A stretch of 64,000 nt of DNA, from NCBI GenBank assembly GCA_963710555.1, contig CAVQAT010000008.1, positions 2,664,849 to 2,728,848 on the forward strand, written 5' to 3'. The stretch is from an uncultured delta proteobacterium (GTDB taxonomy: Bacteria; Myxococcota_A; Polyangia; Polyangiales; Polyangiaceae). The position numbers were made by a program, and so were the translations under genes. Below, in pieces: positions 9,876-19,801 of this stretch; the first letter of the stretch is position 1; each line of letters begins with the position of its first letter. The notes beneath the pieces were generated by a model that saw only the letters and a program-made list of their open reading frames with translations, was not told where the DNA came from and made no database searches.

Positions 9876-10853
9876 ATGCATCGCGCCAATTGTAGCCAGA
9901 TCGTGAGTATTGGTAGTTTTGTCTTGGCAAGCCTCCTGTTTTCGGGGTGTCGCATGGCTGAACTGACTCCCCAAGGGGCGGAGGTGGCGACTTCTCAGTC
10001 AGCGCCAGTTGATTCAGGTTGGAAGCATGCGTCATGTCGGTCGCTTGGCTACTTGGTGGGCCGAGGTGGCGGAACCGGCGGCGGGGCGTATATTTCCAAC
10101 GAACAATTAGTTGAGTTCGCAATGAATGACTTGCGCAATAAAGCTGCAGGTCTCGGCGCGAATTTCATTCAACATGACTCACCCCAACTGGGAGTGAGTG
10201 GAGGGGACGGTGGCTCGGTTACCTCGACGGCGACTGTTAGCGGGACGGCCTATCTTTGCACCGAGAAGCAGAGCGAGGAGCAGACACTGACGCCTGCCGC
10301 GCCTATCGTCGAGGCAGCAGAAACTCCAGCTGTGAAATCTGTTGCAATTAGGCCGGAGTCATATCCTGCTCCAGAGGGTGTCGCAGGGTTCCGATTTGGA
10401 CAGCATCCGAGCGAGCTGGAAAGTCTTTGTACTCAGGCAAAGCATACGTTCTCGAAGGAGGACGCCTCGTTCACATGTTCCGGAGCGGCGATCGATTTGG
10501 GTATGCCGGCGGATGTCACGCTAGGAATGTGCAACGACGCTCTGTGCCGGATTGAAGTTCGATTGCGACCAGCGCCAGAGGACTACGCGGCGGGCCTTAA
10601 GAGGGTGTTCGGGGAACTTCAGAAGAGATACGGTTCAGCAGTGTCGAAGGATAACACGACCAAGGAGTGCCGGACGAAATTGGCGGAATGTGTTCAAAAA
10701 GATGAAGTGAAGGTCGCGGTTTCGTGGAGATGGAATGATCGGCATCGGGTGACCCTCCGATCCGCGAGCGATGACCAGGGCGCCCATATTTATGCTATCT
10801 ATATGTCCCCCCAAGCGCTTGATCCCGCCCCAGTAGCCGGGCCAGCGTTCTAG
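9876..10853 (+). CDS. hypothetical lipoprotein
   Basis: Signal peptide with lipobox VLASLLFSGC, with the start at M 9876. No conserved catalytic motif. Confidence 0.5.
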   Translation: MHRANCSQIVSIGSFVLASLLFSGCRMAELTPQGAEVATSQSAPVDSGWKHASCRSLGYLVGRGGGTGGGAYISNEQLVEFAMNDLRNKAAGLGANFIQHDSPQLGVSGGDGGSVTSTATVSGTAYLCTEKQSEEQTLTPAAPIVEAAETPAVKSVAIRPESYPAPEGVAGFRFGQHPSELESLCTQAKHTFSKEDASFTCSGAAIDLGMPADVTLGMCNDALCRIEVRLRPAPEDYAAGLKRVFGELQKRYGSAVSKDNTTKECRTKLAECVQKDEVKVAVSWRWNDRHRVTLRSASDDQGAHIYAIYMSPQALDPAPVAGPAF

Positions 10854-10999
10854 TCCCGAGTCCGCCTACGAGCGAGGTGCCTGGCTCCGGCCTGGCACGA
10901 GTCACTTGCGGTGGCTTTCTTGCAAACTGTGCAGATATTGGTTGCACCGGGTCAGGTGGTAATCATGTGGCTGGCTGTCAGTGCTGAGAGTGAGCCTTC

Positions 11000-12445
11000 T
11001 CAAGCTTTAAGCTGCCTGAGTCGTCGCTCGGAGTATTCTCGACTGTTCAGGTAGCGTCCAAAGGAGCGCATGACCCACAGATGCAGCACTGCTTGTGTCG
11101 AGCGATAGAGATACCAGGGAAGTCGCGGCCTAAATTCGTGAATTGCCGCTAACAGACTCTTGCCGTCCGGCGTCAATCGAAACTCTAGACGCCCGACTAC
11201 GTCAGAGCGAGCGGCGAGAGCTCCACCGATCACATGAAATAGTTCACGCCCCTCGTGGGAGCCTTCGCTGGAGTGCTTGAGGATCAAGAAGGGAGTGCGG
11301 AAAAAGCGCAGACGAAAGCGCACGAGTTCGTCTTCCACATCAACAGCCACGAGAGGACGGAGCGCTTGAGGGAGCCAATCGATGTAGGCAAGCGCGACTT
11401 CTCGTGGCCCGACCCCTGGTGGTCGCGGGAGTCGCTGTACAGAGCGCACCAAACTCTCTGTCTGGTGCCCAAGAAGCCGGGTTTTTTCTCGTTTTTTCCG
11501 GGAACTATCTGGGGTGAGCGGCAGTGCTCCCTGAAGTGCCAATGACCACTCTGTCGGCGTAAAATCGAAGCGATTCATGAGCGAGCTATCGTGCGCAAGC
11601 ATTTCGTGCTGAAGGCTCTGCACGAGCGGTGCGACGAGAGCGTACGGTTGCCCGCTTACAAGGCTGATCCACAGGCAAGAGAGCTTCGGCGAAAACCATC
11701 GGATATCCAAAAGTGGCGAGCGGCGACCGAGTGCCTCCGCCACCTGGATGATCATCTCCTTGTAGGTGAGTATGTCCGGACCGGCGATGTCGTAGTTTGC
11801 CGTCTCAGGTTCATGGTGAATCACCGTGAGGCGGATGAGTTCCACAACGTCGGGGAGTGCAATCGGTTGGGTGCGGCTCTTCGCCCAGGCGGGCAAAATC
11901 ATCGCCGGAAGTCGTTCCACCAGTCTTTGCAGGATCAAGAACGAAGATCCCTTGCGTCCGACGACGAGTCCCGCGCGCAGCGCGATCACTGGTACCCCGC
12001 ACGCGCCTAGGGCTCGCTCTACCTCGAGTCTTGATTGGAGGTGGGGCGACAGGGGGCGGGTATCAGGTAAGATCCCACCCAGATAAACAATCTTCTTTAC
12101 CCCGGCCGCAGCCGCTGCGCGAGCGAAGTTGTCTGCGAGAATGAGATCGAGGTCTTCGAATGATGCCTGGGTTAAGCGCGCAGAAGGGAGCATCGAGTGC
12201 ACCAGGTAGACAGCAACCTCCACTCCTTGAAGCGCTTGTGTGAGCTGACGTAGCGAGAACAGATCGCAGCGCCTTGGCTCAACGCCAATGCTGTTGGGAC
12301 CGATTGCTGGCTGAGCAGGAGCACTGCGGCTCAACGCAACCACATGATGCGAATCGGAAAGCGCATCGACGACAGCCTTACCAACATAGCCACTGGCTCC
12401 CGCGATGGCGACGACAGAGGTTGGCGGGGCAAGATTCGATGTCAT
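11000..12445 (-). CDS. NAD(P)H-binding NmrA/SDR-like domain fused to a DUF2867-like C-terminal domain
   Basis: Rossmann motif VAIAGASGYVGKAVVDAL at the N-terminus, with the start chosen at MTSNLAPP (12445). The long C-terminal region matches the known NAD_binding+DUF2867 architecture. Confidence 0.7.
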   Translation of the reverse strand: MTSNLAPPTSVVAIAGASGYVGKAVVDALSDSHHVVALSRSAPAQPAIGPNSIGVEPRRCDLFSLRQLTQALQGVEVAVYLVHSMLPSARLTQASFEDLDLILADNFARAAAAAGVKKIVYLGGILPDTRPLSPHLQSRLEVERALGACGVPVIALRAGLVVGRKGSSFLILQRLVERLPAMILPAWAKSRTQPIALPDVVELIRLTVIHHEPETANYDIAGPDILTYKEMIIQVAEALGRRSPLLDIRWFSPKLSCLWISLVSGQPYALVAPLVQSLQHEMLAHDSSLMNRFDFTPTEWSLALQGALPLTPDSSRKKREKTRLLGHQTESLVRSVQRLPRPPGVGPREVALAYIDWLPQALRPLVAVDVEDELVRFRLRFFRTPFLILKHSSEGSHEGRELFHVIGGALAARSDVVGRLEFRLTPDGKSLLAAIHEFRPRLPWYLYRSTQAVLHLWVMRSFGRYLNSREYSERRLRQLKA

Positions 12446-12692
12446 TGAGGCTGTGTGTGAGTGTGGCATGGCTAGCAAGCGCGGTCGTCTGATTCGAAGC
12501 CAGAAATACGGTGACCTAGAGAGCTCCTCCGTGCCAACCCTCCGCACAGGGTTGTTGCTCGGTGAGGCTTTATAGCAACACTTGGGCTTTCCTGCCGAAT
12601 CGCTATCCTTAGGCACAAACGGTCAGATCTGCTCGCCTCCGTCTCCCTACGATGGGCCTCGAAACAAGGCACCCATAAAAAGGAGAACCTCA

Positions 12693-13064
12693 ATGAACAG
12701 CCTATCCCCCCAACAAACCCAGTGGAACGCTTACGGCCGGATCTGGACCTTACCAACTCCCGAACAACGCCTGCAGGCCTGCGACGGTGTGCTCTCTCCA
12801 GATTGCGTGTACACAGATTCAAACGTGCAAGCCAAGAGTCGGCAGGAGCTGATGGCGTACATGACTGGCTTTCAAGCACAGATGCCAGGCGCGGCCTTCG
12901 TGACCACCCGCTTCGTCGAGCTTCACGATCGGGCTATGGCGCATTGGAACATGGTAGCCGGTGACGGTACTGTAGTAGGTACGGGCGTGTCGTTTGCCGT
13001 GTTCAACATGGATGGGGAACTTTCCTCGATGACCGGATTTTTCGACGTTCCCAGCGCAGGCTGA
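12693..13064 (+). CDS. SnoaL/NTF2-like (ketosteroid-isomerase-like) small protein
   Basis: A perfect AAGGAG RBS sits 8 nt upstream of ATG 12693. About 123 aa with an NTF2-like pattern. Its stop is 3 nt before the AraC gene. Confidence 0.6.
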   Translation: MNSLSPQQTQWNAYGRIWTLPTPEQRLQACDGVLSPDCVYTDSNVQAKSRQELMAYMTGFQAQMPGAAFVTTRFVELHDRAMAHWNMVAGDGTVVGTGVSFAVFNMDGELSSMTGFFDVPSAG

Positions 13065-13066
13065 TC

Positions 13067-13936
13067 ATGCAGATTCTCGACCAGGTCCGGCAGGGCATCG
13101 ACTTCATCGAGCGGAACTTGCACGGGGAAGTCGACCTGCGGGCAGTGTCCCGCGCGGCTGGCATGGGGCACTCGAACTTCCAGCGTACGTTCAAAGCGCT
13201 CACCGGAGAGACCCTCAAGCGTTACGTGCGCGCGAGACGACTGGGGCATGCAATGGACCTGCTTGAGAAGACTGATCAGCGGGTGCTGGATGTAGCCCTG
13301 GCGACTGGCTACGAGAGCCAGGAAAGCTTCGCGCGGGTGTTCAAGAGCACTGTCGGCGTCACGCCGAGCGAGTGGCGGCGAGGCCATCGGGTGCGCTCAG
13401 TGCTCAAGAAGGCCCGCATCGATGAGGCCTACTTAGAGCATCTCCGGGCTGGGCGCCTGTCCATCGAACCAGTGATCGAGTTCCGGGATGCGCTTCGCTG
13501 TGTGGGCGTGGTCACCCGGTTCGAAGGCGCCGATCGTCACAAGAATTCCTTGGGCGAGGATCTCCCGAGCCTTTGGGGACGGCTCCTCTCTCAAGTCAGC
13601 AGCATCTCTGATATCAGTCCGGGGCCCTTCTACGGTGTGATCAGTGACCCCATAGAGGGCGGAGAAGGTCTGGAGTACCTCGCCGGCGCGCCATCGGCAA
13701 TGGATCCCGTTCCCCGAAATCTGTCCGTCATCACCGTGCCCGCAGGTCGCTGGGCGGTGTTCGCGCACCATGGACTTCCAGCGAACATCGATCACACGGT
13801 GAACTACATCTACGGATCCTGGCTGGTTCGGGCAGACGTCGTGCACGCTGACGGACCCGACTTGGAGATCTACGGCCCTGAGTGGCGTGACGGCTCTGAG
13901 GAGTCTGTGATGTTCTATGCGGTCCCGGTCGCCTGA
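13067..13936 (+). CDS. AraC-family transcriptional regulator with a GyrI-like effector-binding domain
   Basis: HTH_AraC region (SRAAGMGHSNFQRTFKALTGETLKRYVRARRL ... GYESQESFARVFKSTVGVTPSEWRR) followed by a roughly 150-aa GyrI-like domain. Confidence 0.85.
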   Translation: MQILDQVRQGIDFIERNLHGEVDLRAVSRAAGMGHSNFQRTFKALTGETLKRYVRARRLGHAMDLLEKTDQRVLDVALATGYESQESFARVFKSTVGVTPSEWRRGHRVRSVLKKARIDEAYLEHLRAGRLSIEPVIEFRDALRCVGVVTRFEGADRHKNSLGEDLPSLWGRLLSQVSSISDISPGPFYGVISDPIEGGEGLEYLAGAPSAMDPVPRNLSVITVPAGRWAVFAHHGLPANIDHTVNYIYGSWLVRADVVHADGPDLEIYGPEWRDGSEESVMFYAVPVA

Positions 13937-14098
13937 GGGAAACGCACGCTTCCTCACGTTCAGGGCTGGTGGGGGGGGCAATTCTCGTGCGCTGCCTCCT
14001 GCTGCTCGGCCGCTCGACCGGGTTGCAGCCGCGTGGCTGCGGTTTCACGTATTCACTTTTGACTCGCGTTGGCTGCTCGCTGAAGATCGCTTGTCTCG

Positions 14099-14506
14099 TC
14101 AGTCAGGCAACTCGTCGTATCGCGTCAGTCCTTCAACTTTTGCCTCCCACGCCGAGCCGCTAGCGCAGAAAATATGAGCGGTGGGCTCCAATGAGGAATC
14201 ATCGTCCAGGCTTCCAGCAGGCAATACGATCCGTCCATCGGGCGTTGTCCGCGGTAGGGGTGAAGCGCAAGTTGAGCAAAACTGTCGCGCTTTTCGCGAT
14301 CCCGCGAGCTGAAAGAACTTAAGCAGATCCTCTCCGCGCTCCCAGCAGAGCTCACCCTCTGGAAAGAACACGTTAGCTCCATGAATCGTTCCCGTCTCTT
14401 TACGACAGCGACTGCAGTGGCAGAGAAACATTTTGCTCGGGGCTGGGGCGGTAATTACGTAGCGGACGGCGCCGCAGAGACATTCACCTTGATAGTTGTT
14501 CTTCAT
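14099..14506 (-). CDS. GFA-family (CENP-V/glutathione-dependent formaldehyde-activating-like) zinc protein
   Basis: CLCGAVRY ... CHCSRCRK ... CSTCAS cysteine pattern of PF04828. Length is 135 aa. Confidence 0.85.
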   Translation of the reverse strand: MKNNYQGECLCGAVRYVITAPAPSKMFLCHCSRCRKETGTIHGANVFFPEGELCWERGEDLLKFFQLAGSRKARQFCSTCASPLPRTTPDGRIVLPAGSLDDDSSLEPTAHIFCASGSAWEAKVEGLTRYDELPD

Positions 14507-14694
14507 TTTCCTCGCCTTCTCTCCGAAAAAACTGGGTTACCACGTCGACGATTCGTGACCCGCCAAGAATTTCTCATGGACCCGCACCGATTCTAGCTCA
14601 GATCATTTAGATGGCGGGTTTTCGTGCCCGAGAACAACCTTGTCCTCGATCCGGATCTTCATGCACTGAAGCATCTTGAGATCTCAAAGGCCGC

Positions 14695-16557
14695 ATGTGC
14701 TCCTGCTTCAAAAATCCCTCACAGCTGTATCGTCGTCCCGTTCTTTTTCTTCTCTGCGCAAGTGCCTTGTGGAGCTGTAGCGGCGATGGACTAAACGGAC
14801 CGGGTGAGAATCCCGACAGCCTTATGACGGGTGGGACGACCGGCGGCGCTGAGCCATCGGGCACGGGGGCAACGTCGAGCGGAGGAACGACGGGCGTCGG
14901 CGGTACGTTGGGGACTGGAGCTGGAGGAACCGGAGGTGAGGGCACTGGCGGCGCGGCTGTTGTCTTGCCGCCCGACTGCAGTGGAATTGCGAACGCTGGG
15001 TTTGAAGTCTGCGAGAGCAGTGCCGACTCGTGCGGGGCCGTCTTCACGTCAGGGGAGGGCTGCAGTGCCGTGTGCGCGGCCGCCGGCCTGACTTGCACAG
15101 CTGGCTACGAAGATATTACGGACCAGTGTGCGGCGGATATGACACTTCCTGCGGTGGGCTGTGATTCCGGGCACCAGTCTGACTATTGTGTGTGCCAGGG
15201 TGACAACAACCCCGGTACGGGTGGGGAAGGATCGGGTGGCGCGGGCAGCGGCGGCGACGGCACAGGTGGCGCGGGTACGGGTGGCGCACCAGACGCAGAT
15301 GCCCCGATGTTTCCCGTGCCGGGAAGCACAGGCGTGTGTCCTGACCCTTCAATTCGACTTCGCTTTGACGGAGCACCTAGCTTGGGTTCTTCCGGTAGTC
15401 TCCGAGTCTACGACGCCGCGAATAGTGGGAATCCCATTGCCACAATCAACATGAGCGTTGGTCAGATCTCCGATAGTATCGGCGGATCTACCTTCAATCA
15501 GCCTCGTCCGGCGTATGTGCACGGGAACGAAGCCATCTTCGTTCTTCCAGCAAAGGGACTTTCCTACGGGAAAACCTATTATGTCACGCTGGATTCCGGG
15601 GTTGTTTCCGGCCCGGACGGACCAATCGCTGCCATCAACGATCCTAACACTTGGCGTTTCAAGACCGCAGCAGCTGCACCGACGAACAAGTCTCAACTTC
15701 GCGTCGCCGTAGACGGTACTGGCCAATTCTGCACGGTGCAGGGCGCCATTGAAGCTGCCAGCATGGGCGCGAACATATCCGTTGCTTCCGGTGCCTACTA
15801 CGGCGTGGTTTACTTCAAAGACAAAGACGGCTTGTCAATCGTCGGTGATGATCGCGCGACGACTGTCATCGCTGGGGTCAACAACAATCACCTCAACTCA
15901 AGCACTCGAGGTCGCGCCTTGTTTGGACTCGAAAATGTATCCGATCTCTTGATCGAGAGCGTGACCATCGAAAACCAAACACCTCAAGGCGGATCTCAAG
16001 CCGAAGCGCTCGCCATGCTTAGCTGCGATAAGTGCATCGTGCGCGACACGACGGTGAAGAGCTTGCAGGACACTCTGCTGTGGTCTGGCAGGATTTACGC
16101 CGACAATTGCCTCATCGAGGGGAACGTCGACTACATCTGGGGTAGCGGGACCGCGTACTTCAACCAGTGCGAGATCAAAACCGTCGGGCGAAAAGGCTAC
16201 AACATTCAGGCGCGCAACGGCGCCAATTACGGCTACGTGTTTGTCGACTCAAAACTGACGGCGGACCCCGGTATCACCGGCGACGTGCTGGCTCGAATTG
16301 ATGTCGCAGCGTATCCGTCGAGCCATGTCGCTTACATCGACTGCGAAATGGGCAGCCATATCTCACCGGCTGGCTGGGCGATCACGGGAGGCGGGAGCAC
16401 AGCCAACCTACGTTTTTGGGAATACAAGAGTCGGACTCCACAGGGAGGTCTCGTGAATACAAGCGGCCGCGCCGCCGGCTCGAAGCAAATCTCTGATTCT
16501 CAGGCAACCCAAATGCGAGACCCAGCGGTGGTGCTGGGAGGCTGGAACCCGAACTAA
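14695..16557 (+). CDS. pectinesterase (carbohydrate esterase family 8) lipoprotein with an N-terminal Cys-rich module
   Basis: Lipobox LWSCSG and Gly/Thr linkers. C-terminal parallel beta-helix with a QLRVAVDGTGQF start and the CE8 motif GNVDYIWG (a G-x-VDFIFG variant). Confidence 0.8.
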   Translation: MCSCFKNPSQLYRRPVLFLLCASALWSCSGDGLNGPGENPDSLMTGGTTGGAEPSGTGATSSGGTTGVGGTLGTGAGGTGGEGTGGAAVVLPPDCSGIANAGFEVCESSADSCGAVFTSGEGCSAVCAAAGLTCTAGYEDITDQCAADMTLPAVGCDSGHQSDYCVCQGDNNPGTGGEGSGGAGSGGDGTGGAGTGGAPDADAPMFPVPGSTGVCPDPSIRLRFDGAPSLGSSGSLRVYDAANSGNPIATINMSVGQISDSIGGSTFNQPRPAYVHGNEAIFVLPAKGLSYGKTYYVTLDSGVVSGPDGPIAAINDPNTWRFKTAAAAPTNKSQLRVAVDGTGQFCTVQGAIEAASMGANISVASGAYYGVVYFKDKDGLSIVGDDRATTVIAGVNNNHLNSSTRGRALFGLENVSDLLIESVTIENQTPQGGSQAEALAMLSCDKCIVRDTTVKSLQDTLLWSGRIYADNCLIEGNVDYIWGSGTAYFNQCEIKTVGRKGYNIQARNGANYGYVFVDSKLTADPGITGDVLARIDVAAYPSSHVAYIDCEMGSHISPAGWAITGGGSTANLRFWEYKSRTPQGGLVNTSGRAAGSKQISDSQATQMRDPAVVLGGWNPN

Positions 16558-16638
16558 CGAAGCCGGTGAGGCCGCCCGCTGAACGCCGTAGGAGCAATCG
16601 AAGATCCATTCGCATCCTCGGCGGCGCCCCCTTCGCTC

Positions 16639-16953
16639 TTAGCCTGGCATGTCTACGCTAATGAGCCCCTTCTCATCGACAGAAACTGGGTACACCTCGA
16701 TGCCGCAGGTGCCATTCTCCGTCTTCCCCGTGGTGAGATCGAACTGCCATTCGTGCAGCGGACAGACGACGGAAGCCGGACCGACCAGGCCGTCGGCGAG
16801 CGGGCCCTGACGGTGAGGACAGCGCGCCTGTGAAGCGTAGAGACCGCCAGCGCGAGTTCTGAACACGGCAATCTGTTTGCCGTCCACTTCGAAGTTTCTC
16901 CCCTCGCCCAGAGGGATGAGGTCGGCTTGTCCGAGCTGAAACGTCTTTGCCAT
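16639..16953 (-). CDS. nirD: nitrite reductase small subunit NirD (Rieske-type)
   Basis: Rieske-like CPHRQGPL...CPLHEW pattern. 104 aa. Immediately downstream of nirB. Confidence 0.9.
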   Translation of the reverse strand: MAKTFQLGQADLIPLGEGRNFEVDGKQIAVFRTRAGGLYASQARCPHRQGPLADGLVGPASVVCPLHEWQFDLTTGKTENGTCGIEVYPVSVDEKGLISVDMPG

Positions 16954-16957
16954 GACT

Positions 16958-19399
16958 TTAGCTCACCACCGGTAGGAGAGTGTGGAATTGGTTGGCGGTT
17001 TTTTCTTGGTCGCGTTCCAGCCAGACGTCCACAGTAGCCGCAGCTGACTCTTCCATCGCTTGATCGAGCGCGTCGGCGATGCCTTCGCTATCCTCGACAA
17101 TCACGCTGCGAATGTGATCAAGACCGACCCGAGGGACGAAAGCATAGGTCCTCTCTTTGAACTTCGCTTGTTCTCGGTAGTACTGAATGAATCGCCCGGC
17201 GATTCTTTCGACCTCTTCTTCGCTGTCGACGACGCAGAGAAGATCTCCCTTGCGGACCTCGGCTCCCGCGGCGCCTCCAATGTAAATTTCCCACTTCCCG
17301 CCTTCGACGGCAACGGCTCCGACATCCTTCACATAAGCTTCCGAGCAGTTCCGGGGGCAACCTGCGGTTGCCAATTTGAGCTTGGCCGGGCTGTCGAGTC
17401 CGCGGAACTTCTTCTCAAGTTTAACCGCGAGACCCATGCTGTTGCCCAATCCAAAGCGGCAATATTCAATTCCAATGCAGCTCTTGCACGTGCGGTAGGC
17501 TTTGCCCCAGGCAGCGCCAGCAGGCATGTCGAGGTCACGCCAAACACCGGGAAGGTCTTCTTTCTTCACACCAACCAGATCAATCCTCTGCCCCCCGGTG
17601 AGTTTGAGCAGAGGAACCTGATATTTGTCAGCAACATTGGCGATGCGACGCAATTCGTCCGGTGAACAAATTCCCCCGGGGATCTCCGGAATGACCGAGA
17701 AAGTGCCGTCTTTTTGAATGTTCCCGTGGACGCGATCGTTAATGAAGCGGGCGTCGCGTTCATCCTCGTATTCACCCTTCCAAACCACTGAAAGGAGAGA
17801 CGCCATCGCAGGTTTGCTCAAGGGATCCTCCTGACCGTCACTGGCAAGCGCTGCGAAGACAGAAGAAACCGAGCGGAGGCCCTTTTCTCGGATCAGCTCA
17901 ATCAACTCGGCCTTGGCGTAAGGAATATTGGGGACATAGTAGTTCGCTGTGGGGTCTTCTTCCATTTGGCCGTCACAGAAGAACTCCACCAGATCGGTCA
18001 CCATGCCCTTACACGACCCGCAACCCATGCCAGCCCGCGTTCCAGCCATCACAAGCTTCGTGGTGCGGTTTCCTGCAGCGACGCATGCACCAATCGCACC
18101 TTTGGAAACGCCGTTGCAGTTACAAACCTGCGCGTCTGCTGGCATCTCCTCAAAAGTGACGGCATTCGATGGTGCGCCGATGTCGAACAGAAGCGAAAGT
18201 CTCTCTTCAGGCAGAGGCGTGTTCTTGTCGAAGGCCTGCATCAGGTAGCCGACCTTGCTCAAGTCACCCATCACGATCGCGCCGACCAATCGATCCTTTC
18301 TCACGATCAGCTTCTTGTAAGTCCCTCGCTTCGGTTCGTAGAATTGGACGACTTCGTCGTCTTCGTCACTCGTCTCTGTTTCACCCATCGAGGCAAGTTC
18401 GACGCCCATCACTTTGAGCTTGGTGGCCAATTTGGAGCCGTGGTACGCAGCGTCAGGATTGGCGCCCGTGATGTGATCAGCAAGAACCTTTGCTTGGTCC
18501 CACAGTGGCGCAACCAGGCCGTACACCATGGTTCGATGCTGCGCGCATTCCCCCACGATGTAGACGTTCTTGTCTTCGACAGAGCGCATCTGATTGTCGA
18601 CAACGATGGCTCGCTGCACCGTCAGTCCGCATTCCGTCGCGAGTTGAGTATTGGGTCGAATGCCGGCAGAAATCACGACCATGTCGCAAGGTAACGTGCT
18701 CCCGTCCTTGAAGGTGAGCCCTTCAACCTTCTGGTCGCCGACAATGGAGGTGGTGAGAGCTTTGAGATGGACGATGATGCCCATCTCCTCCATGGTCTTC
18801 TTGAGCATTCCACTGGAAGTCGCGTCGAGCTGAGCGTTCATCAAGCGATCAGCGAGGTGGATCACATGCACTTCGCAGCCGTAGGAAAGTAATCCTCGTG
18901 CGGCTTCCAGTCCAAGCAGCCCGCCCCCAATCACTGCGGCGACTTTGGACTCCTTCGCCGCGCGAATGATGGAGTTGCTGTCGTCGAGTGAACGGAAGCC
19001 GAACACGCCGTCCCGCAGTGCGTCTTCTTTGTAGAGGTTTTCCATCGGGGGAATAAACGCACTACTTCCCGTGGCGATAATGAGTTGGTCGTAGGTGACG
19101 GTGGTGCCTGCCGCGCCAGTGACAATTTTTGAATAGCGGTCGATACCTGTAACGCGCTCGCCTGCGAAAAGCTTAATGTTGTTCTCTTCGTACCACGGTA
19201 AGGTGTTGAGATAGATCTCGGACGGATCTTGGGACCCATTCACCACGTTCGAAAGCAGGATGCGGTTGTAGTTCCCGTAAGGTTCATCCCCAAAAATGGT
19301 GATGTCGAACATGTCCCCACCGCCACGGGCGAGAATCTCTTCCACCGCACGTACGCCCGCCATTCCATTGCCGATCACGACTAATTGTCTTTTGCTCAT
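16958..19399 (-). CDS. nirB: NAD(P)H-dependent assimilatory nitrite reductase large subunit NirB
   Basis: FAD/NAD Rossmann motif VVIGNGMAGV at the start MSKRQLVV (19399, preferred to the listed 19564). BFD-like [2Fe-2S] region CNCNGVSKG and nitrite/sulfite reductase ferredoxin-like and siroheme domains. Confidence 0.9.
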   Translation of the reverse strand: MSKRQLVVIGNGMAGVRAVEEILARGGGDMFDITIFGDEPYGNYNRILLSNVVNGSQDPSEIYLNTLPWYEENNIKLFAGERVTGIDRYSKIVTGAAGTTVTYDQLIIATGSSAFIPPMENLYKEDALRDGVFGFRSLDDSNSIIRAAKESKVAAVIGGGLLGLEAARGLLSYGCEVHVIHLADRLMNAQLDATSSGMLKKTMEEMGIIVHLKALTTSIVGDQKVEGLTFKDGSTLPCDMVVISAGIRPNTQLATECGLTVQRAIVVDNQMRSVEDKNVYIVGECAQHRTMVYGLVAPLWDQAKVLADHITGANPDAAYHGSKLATKLKVMGVELASMGETETSDEDDEVVQFYEPKRGTYKKLIVRKDRLVGAIVMGDLSKVGYLMQAFDKNTPLPEERLSLLFDIGAPSNAVTFEEMPADAQVCNCNGVSKGAIGACVAAGNRTTKLVMAGTRAGMGCGSCKGMVTDLVEFFCDGQMEEDPTANYYVPNIPYAKAELIELIREKGLRSVSSVFAALASDGQEDPLSKPAMASLLSVVWKGEYEDERDARFINDRVHGNIQKDGTFSVIPEIPGGICSPDELRRIANVADKYQVPLLKLTGGQRIDLVGVKKEDLPGVWRDLDMPAGAAWGKAYRTCKSCIGIEYCRFGLGNSMGLAVKLEKKFRGLDSPAKLKLATAGCPRNCSEAYVKDVGAVAVEGGKWEIYIGGAAGAEVRKGDLLCVVDSEEEVERIAGRFIQYYREQAKFKERTYAFVPRVGLDHIRSVIVEDSEGIADALDQAMEESAAATVDVWLERDQEKTANQFHTLLPVVS

Positions 19400-19437
19400 G
19401 GGATTTGCCACCTTTCCGCGAGGTCGTTCACGAAGCC

Positions 19438-19788
19438 TCAGTCGATCTCGACGAAGCCAAAGTCCAGAATCACCATGCCGGTGTGCCCTGCCGGGGCTGC
19501 GATCATGATTTCGATTTCGCTGTCTGGCGCGATGTCCTCGACGAGTGCCAGCGACACATGGCAACCGGCCTTGGCACCTACTGGGAAGTAACGCATCGGT
19601 CGAGAGTTTCGGGTGAGGAGCAGCGCAATCAGCTCGTCGGTGGGGTTGCCAGCCCGCATGTAAATGAGCTGGGCCCGCTTATCGGGCGGGACCTGATACT
19701 GAGCGCGTACGCCGAGCGGTCTCGGCGTGTCGAAGCCATCTCCTTCAAACGGAAAGGTACCTTGGATGTATTTGATGTTTGTTTTCAC
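19438..19788 (-). CDS. hypothetical protein embedded in the nitrate-assimilation operon
   Basis: 116-aa ORF packed tightly between nasA (stop 19802) and nirB (start 19399). No motif recognised. Confidence 0.5.
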   Translation of the reverse strand: MKTNIKYIQGTFPFEGDGFDTPRPLGVRAQYQVPPDKRAQLIYMRAGNPTDELIALLLTRNSRPMRYFPVGAKAGCHVSLALVEDIAPDSEIEIMIAAPAGHTGMVILDFGFVEID

Positions 19789-19801
19789 GTTACTAACTTC
19801 C

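Noticed and set aside
14607-15098. 163-aa minus-strand ORF (Pro/Ala/Val-rich) inside the pectinesterase gene
   Set aside because: It is antisense to the Gly/Thr-rich linker of a well-supported gene. The proline-rich low-complexity sequence is typical of high-GC antisense artefacts. The same reasoning applies to 6792..7100, 46713..47147, 9374..9778 and 38763..39041.
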